Part shown: positions 19,240-27,796 of the stretch, piece by piece | Position numbering within the stretch: position 1 is the first letter of the stretch | Layout: each line of letters starts with the position of its first letter | Notes under the pieces: model-generated | Databases searched by the model: none | Told to the model about the DNA's origin: nothing | The model's input: only the letters and a program-made list of their open reading frames with translations | Program-made: the position numbers and the translations under genes | Source of the DNA: Candidatus Kaiserbacteria bacterium RIFCSPHIGHO2_02_FULL_49_16 | GTDB taxonomy: Bacteria; Patescibacteriota; Minisyncoccia; Phycocordibacterales; UBA2100 | Reading direction: 5' to 3' | Assembly (NCBI GenBank): GCA_001781465.1 | Contig: MFLD01000031.1 | Coordinates: 1-40,505 of the forward strand | DNA length: 40,505 nt

Positions 19240-20166
19240 TTATATTCCGCATTCGCTTCGCTGTCGCGGAGCGCGCGACTCACTTTCAACGCCGCAGCCG
19301 CCGCCTCCGCTTGCCGGAGACTTCTGAACGAGCGACATAATCCGCGCGTAACCTGCATTGCCAGAATAATTGGCGCCAAGAATTTCCTTAGGCGACACAT
19401 CTTTCCACTGGACGCCTCTGCTTTTCATGTAGGCCTCGATGGTTTGATATGTGTCCGGAAACCAGTATGAGTTCACCGCAAGAGCTGTTTTGTACATTTC
19501 TTTTTCACCAACGCCTTGCGATGCCATCAATTCCAGAAGCCCCAGCATCGCCATTCCGTGATTGCAATCCGGAAAGTGCGCAGAATTTCCGCAGCACGGC
19601 CGGAAGATTCCTCGCGACACGCTATCGACCAGTTGTTGCTGCTCCGGTGTCAACTCAATGAGCGCGTGCTTGCCGTAGTGATTCATCGCGTTCCCCTTCG
19701 CAACCGTCCATCCTCCGGTTGAGGCAAAGTTCCCTGCCCCTCCGTACGACGGGTTCATCATTTCCGTTTTGTCTTCGAGTATCGGATTCTTGTTCGCGAG
19801 TCCCAGCGCCCAAAGAAGATTCAGTAGGTATCCGGAGTTCTCTTCGTTGACAGTCAGTTTTCCGTTATTGTTCCCGACCAGCAATTTTCGATACTCGTCC
19901 GTAAATTGCCCATGGTTTTTGTAGAGAGCAGAGAACTTTGCCTCGTCAATCGCTCCAGTTTCTACCAGCCGCGTGCCTAAATCTCCCCATACTGCCGGCA
20001 ACACGACTCCGACTCCGTTTTGCGGAACCGTCGCTTCCGCGGAATGGCTGCTACCTAGATTGATTGTGTTGGTCGGGCTTTCCGGAAGCGGAGCAAGATA
20101 TATAAGCGACGCCACAATGACTACGAACACGATTCCTAAGGTCAGTTCTTGTGTTTCTTTTTCCAT
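19240..20166 (-). CDS. exported hypothetical protein with CC-x8-CNH motif
   Basis: N-terminal TM; RPCCGNSAHFPDCNHGMA; C-terminal GGGGCG...ECGI. Confidence 0.75.
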   Translation of the reverse strand: MEKETQELTLGIVFVVIVASLIYLAPLPESPTNTINLGSSHSAEATVPQNGVGVVLPAVWGDLGTRLVETGAIDEAKFSALYKNHGQFTDEYRKLLVGNNNGKLTVNEENSGYLLNLLWALGLANKNPILEDKTEMMNPSYGGAGNFASTGGWTVAKGNAMNHYGKHALIELTPEQQQLVDSVSRGIFRPCCGNSAHFPDCNHGMAMLGLLELMASQGVGEKEMYKTALAVNSYWFPDTYQTIEAYMKSRGVQWKDVSPKEILGANYSGNAGYARIMSLVQKSPASGGGGCGVESESRAPRQRSECGI

Positions 20167-20188
20167 AGTTTAATTTCATTTATTCTAA

Positions 20189-20668
20189 TTAGCAGCAATC
20201 TTTCATTTTATTCTCAATTTCTTCGATTGATTCTTCGCGCGAGTCCGTTCTGCTGTTTGAGGATAGGAACAAAGTTGATATAAGAACGAGAAAAACAGTA
20301 ATCAGGATGAGCGCACTCCACAACTGCAACAGAGCGCTGTATGCGGCCGCGAAGCCGGCAGGAATGAAGAGAGCTTTCCAGAGAAGAAGCGCGTCGGACG
20401 ACCCGCGGAATTTTCTCTTCAACCCCGTTAGAGGCCATGCCTCTAACGGGGCAAGCTGGTACGCAATTCCAATCACAGTTCCGCCCATAAGAAGCGCGGG
20501 CACTATCAAATTAATTTGATAGCCCAGGAAATGCGTGATAAGAAGCCCCGTCCATGTGAGAAACACCCCGGCGCAAATCGGGCAAACTGCAAATGGCAGA
20601 AAGCGGTTCGCGAGCCACACTAGAGCAGTAATGGCGAGAATTGAGATTACAGTGACAGCAATTAGCAT
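20189..20668 (-). CDS. membrane protein with CPIC motif and C-terminal CC
   Basis: Several TM segments, VCPICAG, ends MKDCC*. Start placed just after the upstream stop. Confidence 0.75.
   Translation of the reverse strand: MLIAVTVISILAITALVWLANRFLPFAVCPICAGVFLTWTGLLITHFLGYQINLIVPALLMGGTVIGIAYQLAPLEAWPLTGLKRKFRGSSDALLLWKALFIPAGFAAAYSALLQLWSALILITVFLVLISTLFLSSNSRTDSREESIEEIENKMKDCC
20424..20450. mobile_element. collapsed MITE-like element (TIRs only), in frame inside a CDS
   Basis: CCCGTTAGAGGC-CAT-GCCTCTAACGGG, 27 bp, translated as PLEAWPLTG. Confidence 0.7.
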
Positions 20669-20672
20669 AATT

Positions 20673-21503
20673 TCAGATGAAGAGAATAAGCGCGCCGAGA
20701 GCAATCATCGCTATGCCCGCGATGAGGCGAACGCGAGAAAGGTTGTCCCGTTTCCATTCCTGCATTTTGTCTACCACGGTTTTATCGGCAGAGAACCACA
20801 GGACGAGAATGAGAGGAACGATGAGAACGAGATTGTACAGAAGGAGATACCAGAATCCCGCGAGGTATGTTTGGCTGTCGCGAAGAAGCCCGATGACCAT
20901 TAAGTACGGCCCTCCCATGCACGGGAATTGGCAGACGCCGACCAATGCGCCGAGCCCAAATGCCGCCAAGACGGATGTCCTCTCCAATAGCTTCGCCATC
21001 GGACGATGCGCGATTTCCGGCATTTTGAGTTTAATCGGAATGTCCGGAAAGAATCGGTTCAATAGATTCACGATGCCGAAAATTATGAGAAGCGATGCGC
21101 CGAGCTTTCCCATAAAATGGGGAGTGTTGAAGAGATGCAAGACCTTGAGAAGGCCGAGACCTATTAGGAAGTATGACGCGAAGATGCCAGCGATATATAC
21201 TCCGCCGATTTGCAGAATTTTCTCGCGCGTAAGCTGGAGCCCGAACAGGAACGCTATCGTGATGAGGAGAATCGAGAACGAACACGGATGCACGCTGTCC
21301 AAGAGCGACGATATGAGCACAAGCGGAAGAAGCCACGCCCCGCTCCCGCTCGCGTTCCAGATAAGCGTTGATGTTGCGGGACTGAATTTCAGAATAATAA
21401 TTCCGAGAATGAATGCTCCAATGACGCCGGCGATGATGATAATTCGACGCATCCCGTTAGAGACAGGTCGCGGTCGTGTATTGTCTTCAGGTAATGTGTT
21501 CAT
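20673..21503 (-). CDS. CcdA/DsbD-type thiol-disulfide transporter
   Basis: DSVHPCSF and QFPCMGGPY Cys motifs with multiple TM segments. Alternative start at 21452. Confidence 0.8.
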   Translation of the reverse strand: MNTLPEDNTRPRPVSNGMRRIIIIAGVIGAFILGIIILKFSPATSTLIWNASGSGAWLLPLVLISSLLDSVHPCSFSILLITIAFLFGLQLTREKILQIGGVYIAGIFASYFLIGLGLLKVLHLFNTPHFMGKLGASLLIIFGIVNLLNRFFPDIPIKLKMPEIAHRPMAKLLERTSVLAAFGLGALVGVCQFPCMGGPYLMVIGLLRDSQTYLAGFWYLLLYNLVLIVPLILVLWFSADKTVVDKMQEWKRDNLSRVRLIAGIAMIALGALILFI

Positions 21504-21567
21504 AGAGAGTGGAAGAGTCTTATATGCAATCTCGGTTAAGGATTGAGCGACCGTGGTCTCTAACGGG
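21453..21567. mobile_element. MITE-like element with 6-bp target duplication
   Basis: CCCGTTAGAGAC...GTCTCTAACGGG flanked by ACGCAT at 21447-21452 and 21568-21573. Confidence 0.85.
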
Positions 21568-21574
21568 ACGCATA

Positions 21575-22066
21575 TTATGGTGTTACAAGCGCCTTTATTT
21601 CAAGTTGAAGCGCGCCACCGGAAGAATCTGTGAGCTCCACGAATCTGTCAATCTGCCCTACGCCAGCCGGGCCGTGCGCGTTTGGGTCGTAGACGACGCG
21701 GATTGCACGGCTTTCTCTCGCTTTGATAACTTCATTTGCTGGCGGAATGTATCCCATGCCGGGCATTCCGAACGGTCCCTTAAGCTTGCCATCCGCGCGA
21801 ACGATGAAGGCGGCTGTGCACATGCAGGAAGTAACGACCGTGCGCACGGTTATGTCATCGCCGGTAGGATTGTTTATTGCGAACTCTTTGCTCACAAGGC
21901 CGTTTTTCATTGATATCGTACCGAAGTCGTACAGAATCTCCGGCGCGACGAGAGAACTTTTCGAGTTGTTAGTTTGCGCAGGCGCAATCGCTTGACTGAT
22001 TCGTCCCCATGACATGAGGCCAAGCCCGCCGACTAATATGGCTGCGCCGATTATTAGTGTTTTCAT
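21575..22066 (-). CDS. DUF1573 (Ig-like) exported protein
   Basis: YDFGTI...F.I.N...TSCMCT; also GMPGM and HGP. Confidence 0.8.
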   Translation of the reverse strand: MKTLIIGAAILVGGLGLMSWGRISQAIAPAQTNNSKSSLVAPEILYDFGTISMKNGLVSKEFAINNPTGDDITVRTVVTSCMCTAAFIVRADGKLKGPFGMPGMGYIPPANEVIKARESRAIRVVYDPNAHGPAGVGQIDRFVELTDSSGGALQLEIKALVTP

Positions 22067-22123
22067 AGTGTTGATGTTTTAGAGAATTGTTAAAACAAAA
22101 AGCCCGCAAATGAAGCGAGCACG

Positions 22124-22171
22124 AGCCCAGCCGCAGATTGTGAATGACTTTTCACAATCTGCGGCTGGGCT
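22124..22171. repeat. inverted repeat with perfect 21-bp arms inside the copper operon
   Basis: AGCCCAGCCGCAGATTGTGAA-6 nt-TTCACAATCTGCGGCTGGGCT. Confidence 0.9.
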
Positions 22172-22172
22172 T

Positions 22173-22604
22173 CTAAACCAAAGATGGGCTGTGTTCGAAC
22201 AATGAAAGCCAACGAGTGGTTTCTCTATCTCGCGCAGATGAAGAGGGGTTATATAAAGATCTTACCCGTCGAGGTTGAAATGCCGGCGGACGAATAAGGG
22301 ATATAAAAACTCCGCAAGCAAGCATGAGCAATGCAATGAGGAGCGCCATCATGCCCGAGCTTGCGGGCGCATTGAGAAGAGACTGATACGCGGAGATGTG
22401 GTGAACTGCGGCGGCGACCAAATCTTGCGGACATAGAGGAACACCCATAGCGGTAAACGGGCAACCCGCCTCCATGCTCCCGCTCGAATTGTGCGTCATT
22501 GTACCGAAACTAAAGAGAACGATAGCGAGAAGCGATGCCAGCATGAGAGCGGCGAGTAATTTTGACAATGGCGTACGATGTCGCAATCGCATGAACATAA
22601 GCAA
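22173..22604 (-). CDS. two-TM hypothetical protein with CP-x7-CP...HH motif
   Basis: GCPFTAMGVPLCPQ...VHHI between hydrophobic segments; ends WLSLFEHSPS. Start uncertain. Confidence 0.7.
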   Translation of the reverse strand: MLMFMRLRHRTPLSKLLAALMLASLLAIVLFSFGTMTHNSSGSMEAGCPFTAMGVPLCPQDLVAAAVHHISAYQSLLNAPASSGMMALLIALLMLACGVFISLIRPPAFQPRRVRSLYNPSSSARDRETTRWLSLFEHSPSLV

Positions 22605-22751
22605 TTAATCCTTTACAGCATGACTGATAATCTCCAAATTGCAACTTTTATGTTGCTTGCACCACGCTTCGTATTTTTTCATCCATGATTCTTCCTTGTA
22701 AATTAGACCGCACTCGCGACAGATATATTTTCCATTTTTTGATGTATTCAT
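22605..22751 (-). CDS. 48-aa Cys/His-rich zinc-finger-like protein (not in ORF track)
   Basis: MNTSKNGKYICRECGLIYKEESWMKKYEAWCKQHKSCNLEIISHAVKD*; its ATG overlaps the copA TGA (ATGA). Confidence 0.75.
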   Translation of the reverse strand: MNTSKNGKYICRECGLIYKEESWMKKYEAWCKQHKSCNLEIISHAVKD

Positions 22752-25081
22752 AGTCTTTTTGTCTTAAGCCGCAACGAATTTCCGACCACGCTTACACTGC
22801 TAAAGGCCATCGCAAGCCCTGCGAACACCGGCGAGAGAAGCCAGCCAAATACCGGATAGAAAATACCGCTCGCGAGCGGAATGCCTACAATGTTATATAT
22901 GAACGCCCAGAAAAGATTCTGCTTGATTCCGCGCATAGTTAATTTGGAAAGCCGTATGGCTTTCACCAATTTTGAAATGTCTCCGTGAAGAAGCGTGATG
23001 CCGGCGGATTCTATTGCGACATCCGTTCCCGTCGCCATCGCGATTCCGACATCCGCCTGCGCCAATGCCGGCGCATCGTTTACTCCGTCTCCCGCCATCG
23101 CGACGGTTAGCCCTTGCGCTTGAAATTCTTTTATTTTTCTCAACTTGTCTTCCGGCAGAACTTCTGCGACAACTTCGTCAATTCCAACTTGCCTTGCAAT
23201 AAATTGGGCGGTGTTGTTGTCGTCTCCTGTCAGCATTACTGTTTTAATTCCGAGCGCGTGCAAATTCGCCACCGCAGAAACCGCCTCGGGCTTCACTTGG
23301 TCCGCAATCATCGCAACTGCCAGCACTTTTTTATCTGAAACAAGAATGACCGGTGTTTTGCCTTCCCTCGTACCGTTCTCTAACTGCATACCAAGGTCTG
23401 ACCTTGGGGATTCGGATTTAAGGTCAGACCTTGGTATGCCTGTTGCACCAACCTCCCACGCGAATTTGGCGCTCCCAACGCGGTACTCTGCGCCTCCGAT
23501 GCTACCAACGATTCCTTTGCCTTTAACCATTTCAAATTCTTCCACGGGCAAAAGCGAGATGCCTTTTGCTTTCGCATACGAAACTACGGCATGCGCAATC
23601 GGATGCTCTGATTTATTTTCAAGCGACGCGAGAATCGCAATTATTTCCGCATCGCTTTTTTTAGATAGATTCTCGAGCGATACAAGTTCCGGTTTGCCTT
23701 TCGTAATCGTCCCCGTCTTGTCCATTATGACAACTCCTACTTTATGCAGTTTTTCAAGCGTCGCGGCATCTTTGACAAGTATTCCCTCTCTCGCCCCTTT
23801 GCCAACTCCCACGATAATCGCTGTCGGAGTGGCAAGCCCGAGCGCGCACGGACACGCAATCACGAGAATACCGACGAAGGAAACAAGCCCGAAAGAGAGC
23901 GCTTGCGAAAACCCAAGGTATTGAGTTCCTATTGCGAGCCACGCGCCAAGCGAAACGAATGCAATAACAAGCACTATAGGAACAAAAACACCAGATATTT
24001 TGTCCGCAAGCGCCTGAATCGGCGCTCGGCTTCCCTGCGCTTCTTCAACCATTTTCACAATATGAGCCAGCATAGTTTCGGAGCCGACTTTAGTCGCCTT
24101 AAATGTAAACGAGCCGGTCGTATTTATTGTCCCCGCGACAACCGTGCCGCCGATAGTCTTTTTAACCGGCATCGGCTCGCCCGTTATCATTGACTCGTCT
24201 ACATAAGACGAACCCTCTGTGAGTTCTCCGTCAACAGGAATTTTCCCAGCGGGCTTGACGATTATTAAGTCGCCGTGAACTACTTGGTCTACGGGGATTT
24301 CTGTTTCTTTCCCGAGGCGCACAACCAGCGCTGTTTTCGCCTGCAAGTTCAACAGTTTTTCTATCGCATCGCCCGTTTTCAATTTCGACTGCGCTTCAAG
24401 ATATTTTCCCAGCGCGATGAAAGTGATGACAATAATGGTGACATCGTAATAAGTATTCTCAACATTGATAAAAGGCCGGAGTGTTTCTTCAAAAGCGGTA
24501 ATCACAAAACTGTAAAGATATGCAGCGGAAGTTCCAATGCCTATAAGCGTGTCCATGTTCGCCTTGCCATAGCGGAGAAAGCGATAGAATCCAAGAAGGT
24601 AGGGCTTCCCGACAACGAATAGAACATATGTCGCCATAAGCGGAAGCAGATGATGGAAAAACTCTTTCCATAGATATGGAACGGCGGGCAAAATCCCGAA
24701 TTGAGCGGAGATTTCCCAACTCATTACAAATACGCTGAAAATGGCGAGCGGAACGGCGGAAAAAACTTTTGCGCGCATGTCTGCGATTCCCGCGAGCTTC
24801 TCCGTCTTTGATTGGTTGAGTCCGAGGTGCGCCGCGTGCTCGCTTCCTGTCATACTCATTGACGCCGCCGTCGGTTGAACGAAAGAATATCCAAGCGGTT
24901 TTATTTTTTCCGAAAGATGTTCCGGATTCGTTTTTGTTTCGTCGAACGAAATTCTCGCCGCTTCAGTTCCATAATTCACTTCGATTGAATGTACGCCATC
25001 AACTTTTTTGAGCGTCTTTTCAATAATTGCCGAGCACGACGCACAGTGCATTCCCTTTATTTTATATGTGTGTGATGCCAT
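22748..25081 (-). CDS. copA: Cu(I)-translocating P1B-type ATPase
   Basis: GMHCASC, TGE, CPC, DKTGT, SEHP, GDGVNDAP, YN and MxxSS. Confidence 0.96.
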   Translation of the reverse strand: MASHTYKIKGMHCASCSAIIEKTLKKVDGVHSIEVNYGTEAARISFDETKTNPEHLSEKIKPLGYSFVQPTAASMSMTGSEHAAHLGLNQSKTEKLAGIADMRAKVFSAVPLAIFSVFVMSWEISAQFGILPAVPYLWKEFFHHLLPLMATYVLFVVGKPYLLGFYRFLRYGKANMDTLIGIGTSAAYLYSFVITAFEETLRPFINVENTYYDVTIIVITFIALGKYLEAQSKLKTGDAIEKLLNLQAKTALVVRLGKETEIPVDQVVHGDLIIVKPAGKIPVDGELTEGSSYVDESMITGEPMPVKKTIGGTVVAGTINTTGSFTFKATKVGSETMLAHIVKMVEEAQGSRAPIQALADKISGVFVPIVLVIAFVSLGAWLAIGTQYLGFSQALSFGLVSFVGILVIACPCALGLATPTAIIVGVGKGAREGILVKDAATLEKLHKVGVVIMDKTGTITKGKPELVSLENLSKKSDAEIIAILASLENKSEHPIAHAVVSYAKAKGISLLPVEEFEMVKGKGIVGSIGGAEYRVGSAKFAWEVGATGIPRSDLKSESPRSDLGMQLENGTREGKTPVILVSDKKVLAVAMIADQVKPEAVSAVANLHALGIKTVMLTGDDNNTAQFIARQVGIDEVVAEVLPEDKLRKIKEFQAQGLTVAMAGDGVNDAPALAQADVGIAMATGTDVAIESAGITLLHGDISKLVKAIRLSKLTMRGIKQNLFWAFIYNIVGIPLASGIFYPVFGWLLSPVFAGLAMAFSSVSVVGNSLRLKTKRL

Positions 25082-25127
25082 AAGTTGTATTCAGTATTCG
25101 GTATTTCGTATGGAGTCTATCGAAATT

Positions 25128-25161
25128 GATATAGGCTAATTCGCGCGAATTAGCCTATATC
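25128..25161. repeat. perfect 34-bp palindrome between csoR and copA
   Basis: GATATAGGCTAATTCGC|GCGAATTAGCCTATATC. Confidence 0.9.
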
Positions 25162-25417
25162 ACTTTCGTTTGAGCTTGTAGACAGTCAGAATTTCCTCGA
25201 TTGCCTTCTTCGCGCTCCCGCTTTGTATCTGCTTCACAACGCAGGAAGAAAGATGCCTTTCCAAAATCATATTTTCAACATTTGAAAGCCCCTGCTTCAC
25301 GGCGGAGCTTTGCGTAATGACATCAATGCAATAAGCGCCTTTTTCAATCATTTCCCGGAGCCCGCGGACTTGCCCTTCGATAATCCGCAGGCGCTGGCCG
25401 ATTTTGTTTTTTTTCAT
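25160..25417 (-). CDS. csoR: CsoR/RcnR-family copper-sensing repressor
   Basis: RLRIIEGQVRG...YCIDV..Q...HLSSCV (Cys, His-x3-Cys ligand set). Confidence 0.92.
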   Translation of the reverse strand: MKKNKIGQRLRIIEGQVRGLREMIEKGAYCIDVITQSSAVKQGLSNVENMILERHLSSCVVKQIQSGSAKKAIEEILTVYKLKRK

Positions 25418-25424
25418 CGGAAAT

Positions 25425-25667
25425 TCACGCGTTAATGTCTTTCTTCATGCTCTCAAACTGCTCCTTCGTGAGCTCGCCTTTCGCGTAGCGCGTCCTGAGC
25501 ACGTCCAGCGCAGAATGATGTCCGGTCGATCCGCCGTTGGCGGGTGGCTGTCGCACAAGCCAGACAATACCTGCGATGACGAGAGCCCAGAACGCGAGCA
25601 TTCCAATAAACCCGATAAAATGAAATGGCCAAAAGTCACCGCCATAATTTCCCCAGTAGTACATCAT
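25425..25667 (-). CDS. SHOCT-domain membrane protein
   Basis: TM segment followed by ALDVLRTRYAKGELTKEQFESMK. Confidence 0.88.
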   Translation of the reverse strand: MMYYWGNYGGDFWPFHFIGFIGMLAFWALVIAGIVWLVRQPPANGGSTGHHSALDVLRTRYAKGELTKEQFESMKKDINA

Positions 25668-25721
25668 ATAAATAGTTAGTAGTTAGTAAAGGATGCCAGA
25701 CTAATTAGCCGATAATGCCAC

Positions 25722-25750
25722 CAGTATACCCCCCTGAGGGTATACTGCAA
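25722..25750 (-). promoter_or_regulatory. CsoR-type operator overlapping the copper operon promoter
   Basis: CAGTATACCC-ccctga-GGGTATACTG inverted repeat (TACC..GGTA type); minus strand TTGCAG-16-TATACT. Confidence 0.85.
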
Positions 25751-25774
25751 GCGACGTCAGCTGTGGATACTGGG

Positions 25775-26740
25775 TTAAGGCTGTTGTACGCAGTAGACCG
25801 CGGTTGGAGTATCGTCGCAATTAATACCAGCTACCGTTCCATCAACGTCTGAACTTAAAACTGATTGCCCGCTATCACTTAATGTCGCCGCCAAAACGTA
25901 CTTGGTACATGGAGTCACCGCGCATACATTATTACTATCATTGAGGGATATATATGAATATGCGGCCCCAGTAGTAGGATCTGCGGGTATCGAGGAGATG
26001 TAATTATTGTTAACAAGATCCGAGAAAGATGATATGGGGTATGTCCCGGCTTCGACGTAATTTAGCTCGAGCGCGAGTTGAAGTTGCTTAATGTCGATAA
26101 TGCGGCGCGCATCAACTGATTTCATGCGCGCGATATTAAGACTTGCTAAGACAACCGATGAAAGAATCCCGATAGCAATGGGGATTAGAAGTCCTACAAT
26201 CAGTGCAACTACTATCCAGACAGTTTTTGACTTAGACGGGTCATTTTCTACGACAACAGTATCGGCAATCTTGTCGTGTAGTCCCTGCTTCTTACCTGTC
26301 CAAGCGACCATGAGGTAACCGATGCCAAGAATAATTGATGAAATAAATTTACCGACAACTTCTCGCAGAAGGGCCCGCCCAAGGCCGACTCTCTCTCCAT
26401 TCGCCCGTAGAACGCGCAATCCGACTGCCATTTTCCCTAGAGTCGCCTGATATGTCGTTATCATGAAAACCGCATACCCCCAAGGAATAAAAAGACTTAT
26501 CGCTGATTTCCACAACAAGCTTTCAGTCCCTGCGTTTGATAAAGAAATAAGAAGTTGTAGAACTACCAAGAATAATCCGTCGACAAAAAGAGCCGCTGCT
26601 CGAACCCAAAAGCCAGCATATTTAGTCGGAATGGCACCCGCAACGAACGCGGGCATTTGCGGTACAGTTTGCGGACCTGGCACAGAAAATTGAGGCGATA
26701 CACTAAAAGCAGAAGCAGGCGGAACTTGCTCATTTGGCAT
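25775..26740 (-). CDS. RDD-family domain fused to a type IV pilin/pseudopilin-like domain
   Basis: YAGFWVRAAA...TLGK...LHDKIADT (RDD), then IGILSSVVLASLN.AR....DARR..DIKQLQLALE...YP...P.DP with two Cys pairs. Confidence 0.85.
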   Translation of the reverse strand: MPNEQVPPASAFSVSPQFSVPGPQTVPQMPAFVAGAIPTKYAGFWVRAAALFVDGLFLVVLQLLISLSNAGTESLLWKSAISLFIPWGYAVFMITTYQATLGKMAVGLRVLRANGERVGLGRALLREVVGKFISSIILGIGYLMVAWTGKKQGLHDKIADTVVVENDPSKSKTVWIVVALIVGLLIPIAIGILSSVVLASLNIARMKSVDARRIIDIKQLQLALELNYVEAGTYPISSFSDLVNNNYISSIPADPTTGAAYSYISLNDSNNVCAVTPCTKYVLAATLSDSGQSVLSSDVDGTVAGINCDDTPTAVYCVQQP

Positions 26741-26854
26741 AATAAATTGTGTTAGCGTATATCCCACGAGTATACGCTCGTGGTGTGCATTGAACACATT
26801 AGACCGTCGCAACTGTGGAAAACCTCAGGCCTGTCCCATCATTGACTATTCAAC

Positions 26855-26896
26855 GTATGACTCTAGCTCGTCCAGCCGGACGAGCTAGAGTCATAC
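26855..26896. repeat. inverted repeat with perfect 19-bp arms
   Basis: GTATGACTCTAGCTCGTCC-AGCC-GGACGAGCTAGAGTCATAC. Confidence 0.9.
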
Positions 26897-26917
26897 CCAA
26901 CATCGAGCATCAGAAAA

Positions 26918-27139
26918 CTATTCCAAAATAGATAGCGTCTTGGACGGAGTGTGATGGTCGCTTATTATCCTCACTTTTTTTGCCGGTATGCCGAGACGCT
27001 CCGCTATTATTTTGATGACCCTCATGTTCGCAGAGTTTCTCTCCGCCTTCTCTTTTACGGATATCTTAAAACTAGTTGTGGCCATTTGTTCCACAACTTC
27101 TTTTTTCTGTCCTGTTTTCACCCGCACTTTTATGAGCAT
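26918..27139 (-). CDS. DUF167/UPF0235 (YggU-like) protein
   Basis: IKVRVK...ISVKEKAERNSAN...V.II.....SK.L.I. Confidence 0.85.
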   Translation of the reverse strand: MLIKVRVKTGQKKEVVEQMATTSFKISVKEKAERNSANMRVIKIIAERLGIPAKKVRIISDHHTPSKTLSILE

Positions 27140-27158
27140 AATCTGACGGAGAAAATGT

Positions 27159-27353
27159 TTACTGTTTCTTGAGAAATGTTTTGTATACGATGACTCCGTC
27201 AATAATCAATCCCGCGATGCCTATGAACAGCAGAAGAAAAAGGGCCCACCGCGGTAAGGTGTTGCCAGTGATGAGAGCGTACAGCGACAACAGCGCGATG
27301 CTCGGAAAAGCAATAAGTCCAAGGATATCGAAACTTTCGGGACGGACATTCAT
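27159..27353 (-). CDS. small two-TM protein
   Basis: 64-aa hydrophobic ORF; TACAAT lies 6 nt before the ATG. Confidence 0.7.
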   Translation of the reverse strand: MNVRPESFDILGLIAFPSIALLSLYALITGNTLPRWALFLLLFIGIAGLIIDGVIVYKTFLKKQ

Positions 27354-27558
27354 GTATTCATTGTATCACTTTTGTAGAAATCAAAGCGTGAGCTAGCACA
27401 ATCGGCATCCGCTCAAACTTATATACTTATCAGGCCCGGTCGGCCCCGATAAGTATATGCGTGAGAATCCGGAGCGGTTTTCTTATCAACACTCCAAACA
27501 ATTCCGCCGATATTGTGAGTTATAATACACGCGTAATTTAACAACTCTAATATTTTTT

Positions 27559-27792
27559 ATGGACAATACAAAAGTGCTGGTTGGGGCGGTTGTTGGAGTG
27601 GTTATCGGTCTTGTCGGCGGATATTATTTCGGGTACGACCGAGGCTGGGAGAGTGCAGTGACTGCGGCGAAAGCGGAGGCGGCCAAAGCTGTCGAGGCAA
27701 CAGTTAATCCGTTCGCGGATGTCAAAACGAATCCGCTTGAGGACGTAAAGACTAACCCTTACGAAAACGTAAAAACTAACCCCTTCCAATAA
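27559..27792 (+). CDS. small membrane protein with NP[FLY]xxVKT repeats
   Basis: N-terminal TM, then NPFADVKT NPLEDVKT NPYENVKT NPFQ. Confidence 0.8.
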   Translation: MDNTKVLVGAVVGVVIGLVGGYYFGYDRGWESAVTAAKAEAAKAVEATVNPFADVKTNPLEDVKTNPYENVKTNPFQ

Positions 27793-27796
27793 CACC

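Noticed and set aside
20677..21546. 289-aa plus-strand ORF (also 23145..23924, 28112..28756, 39732..40427 and similar)
   Set aside because: Antisense to well-supported genes, with no motifs of their own.
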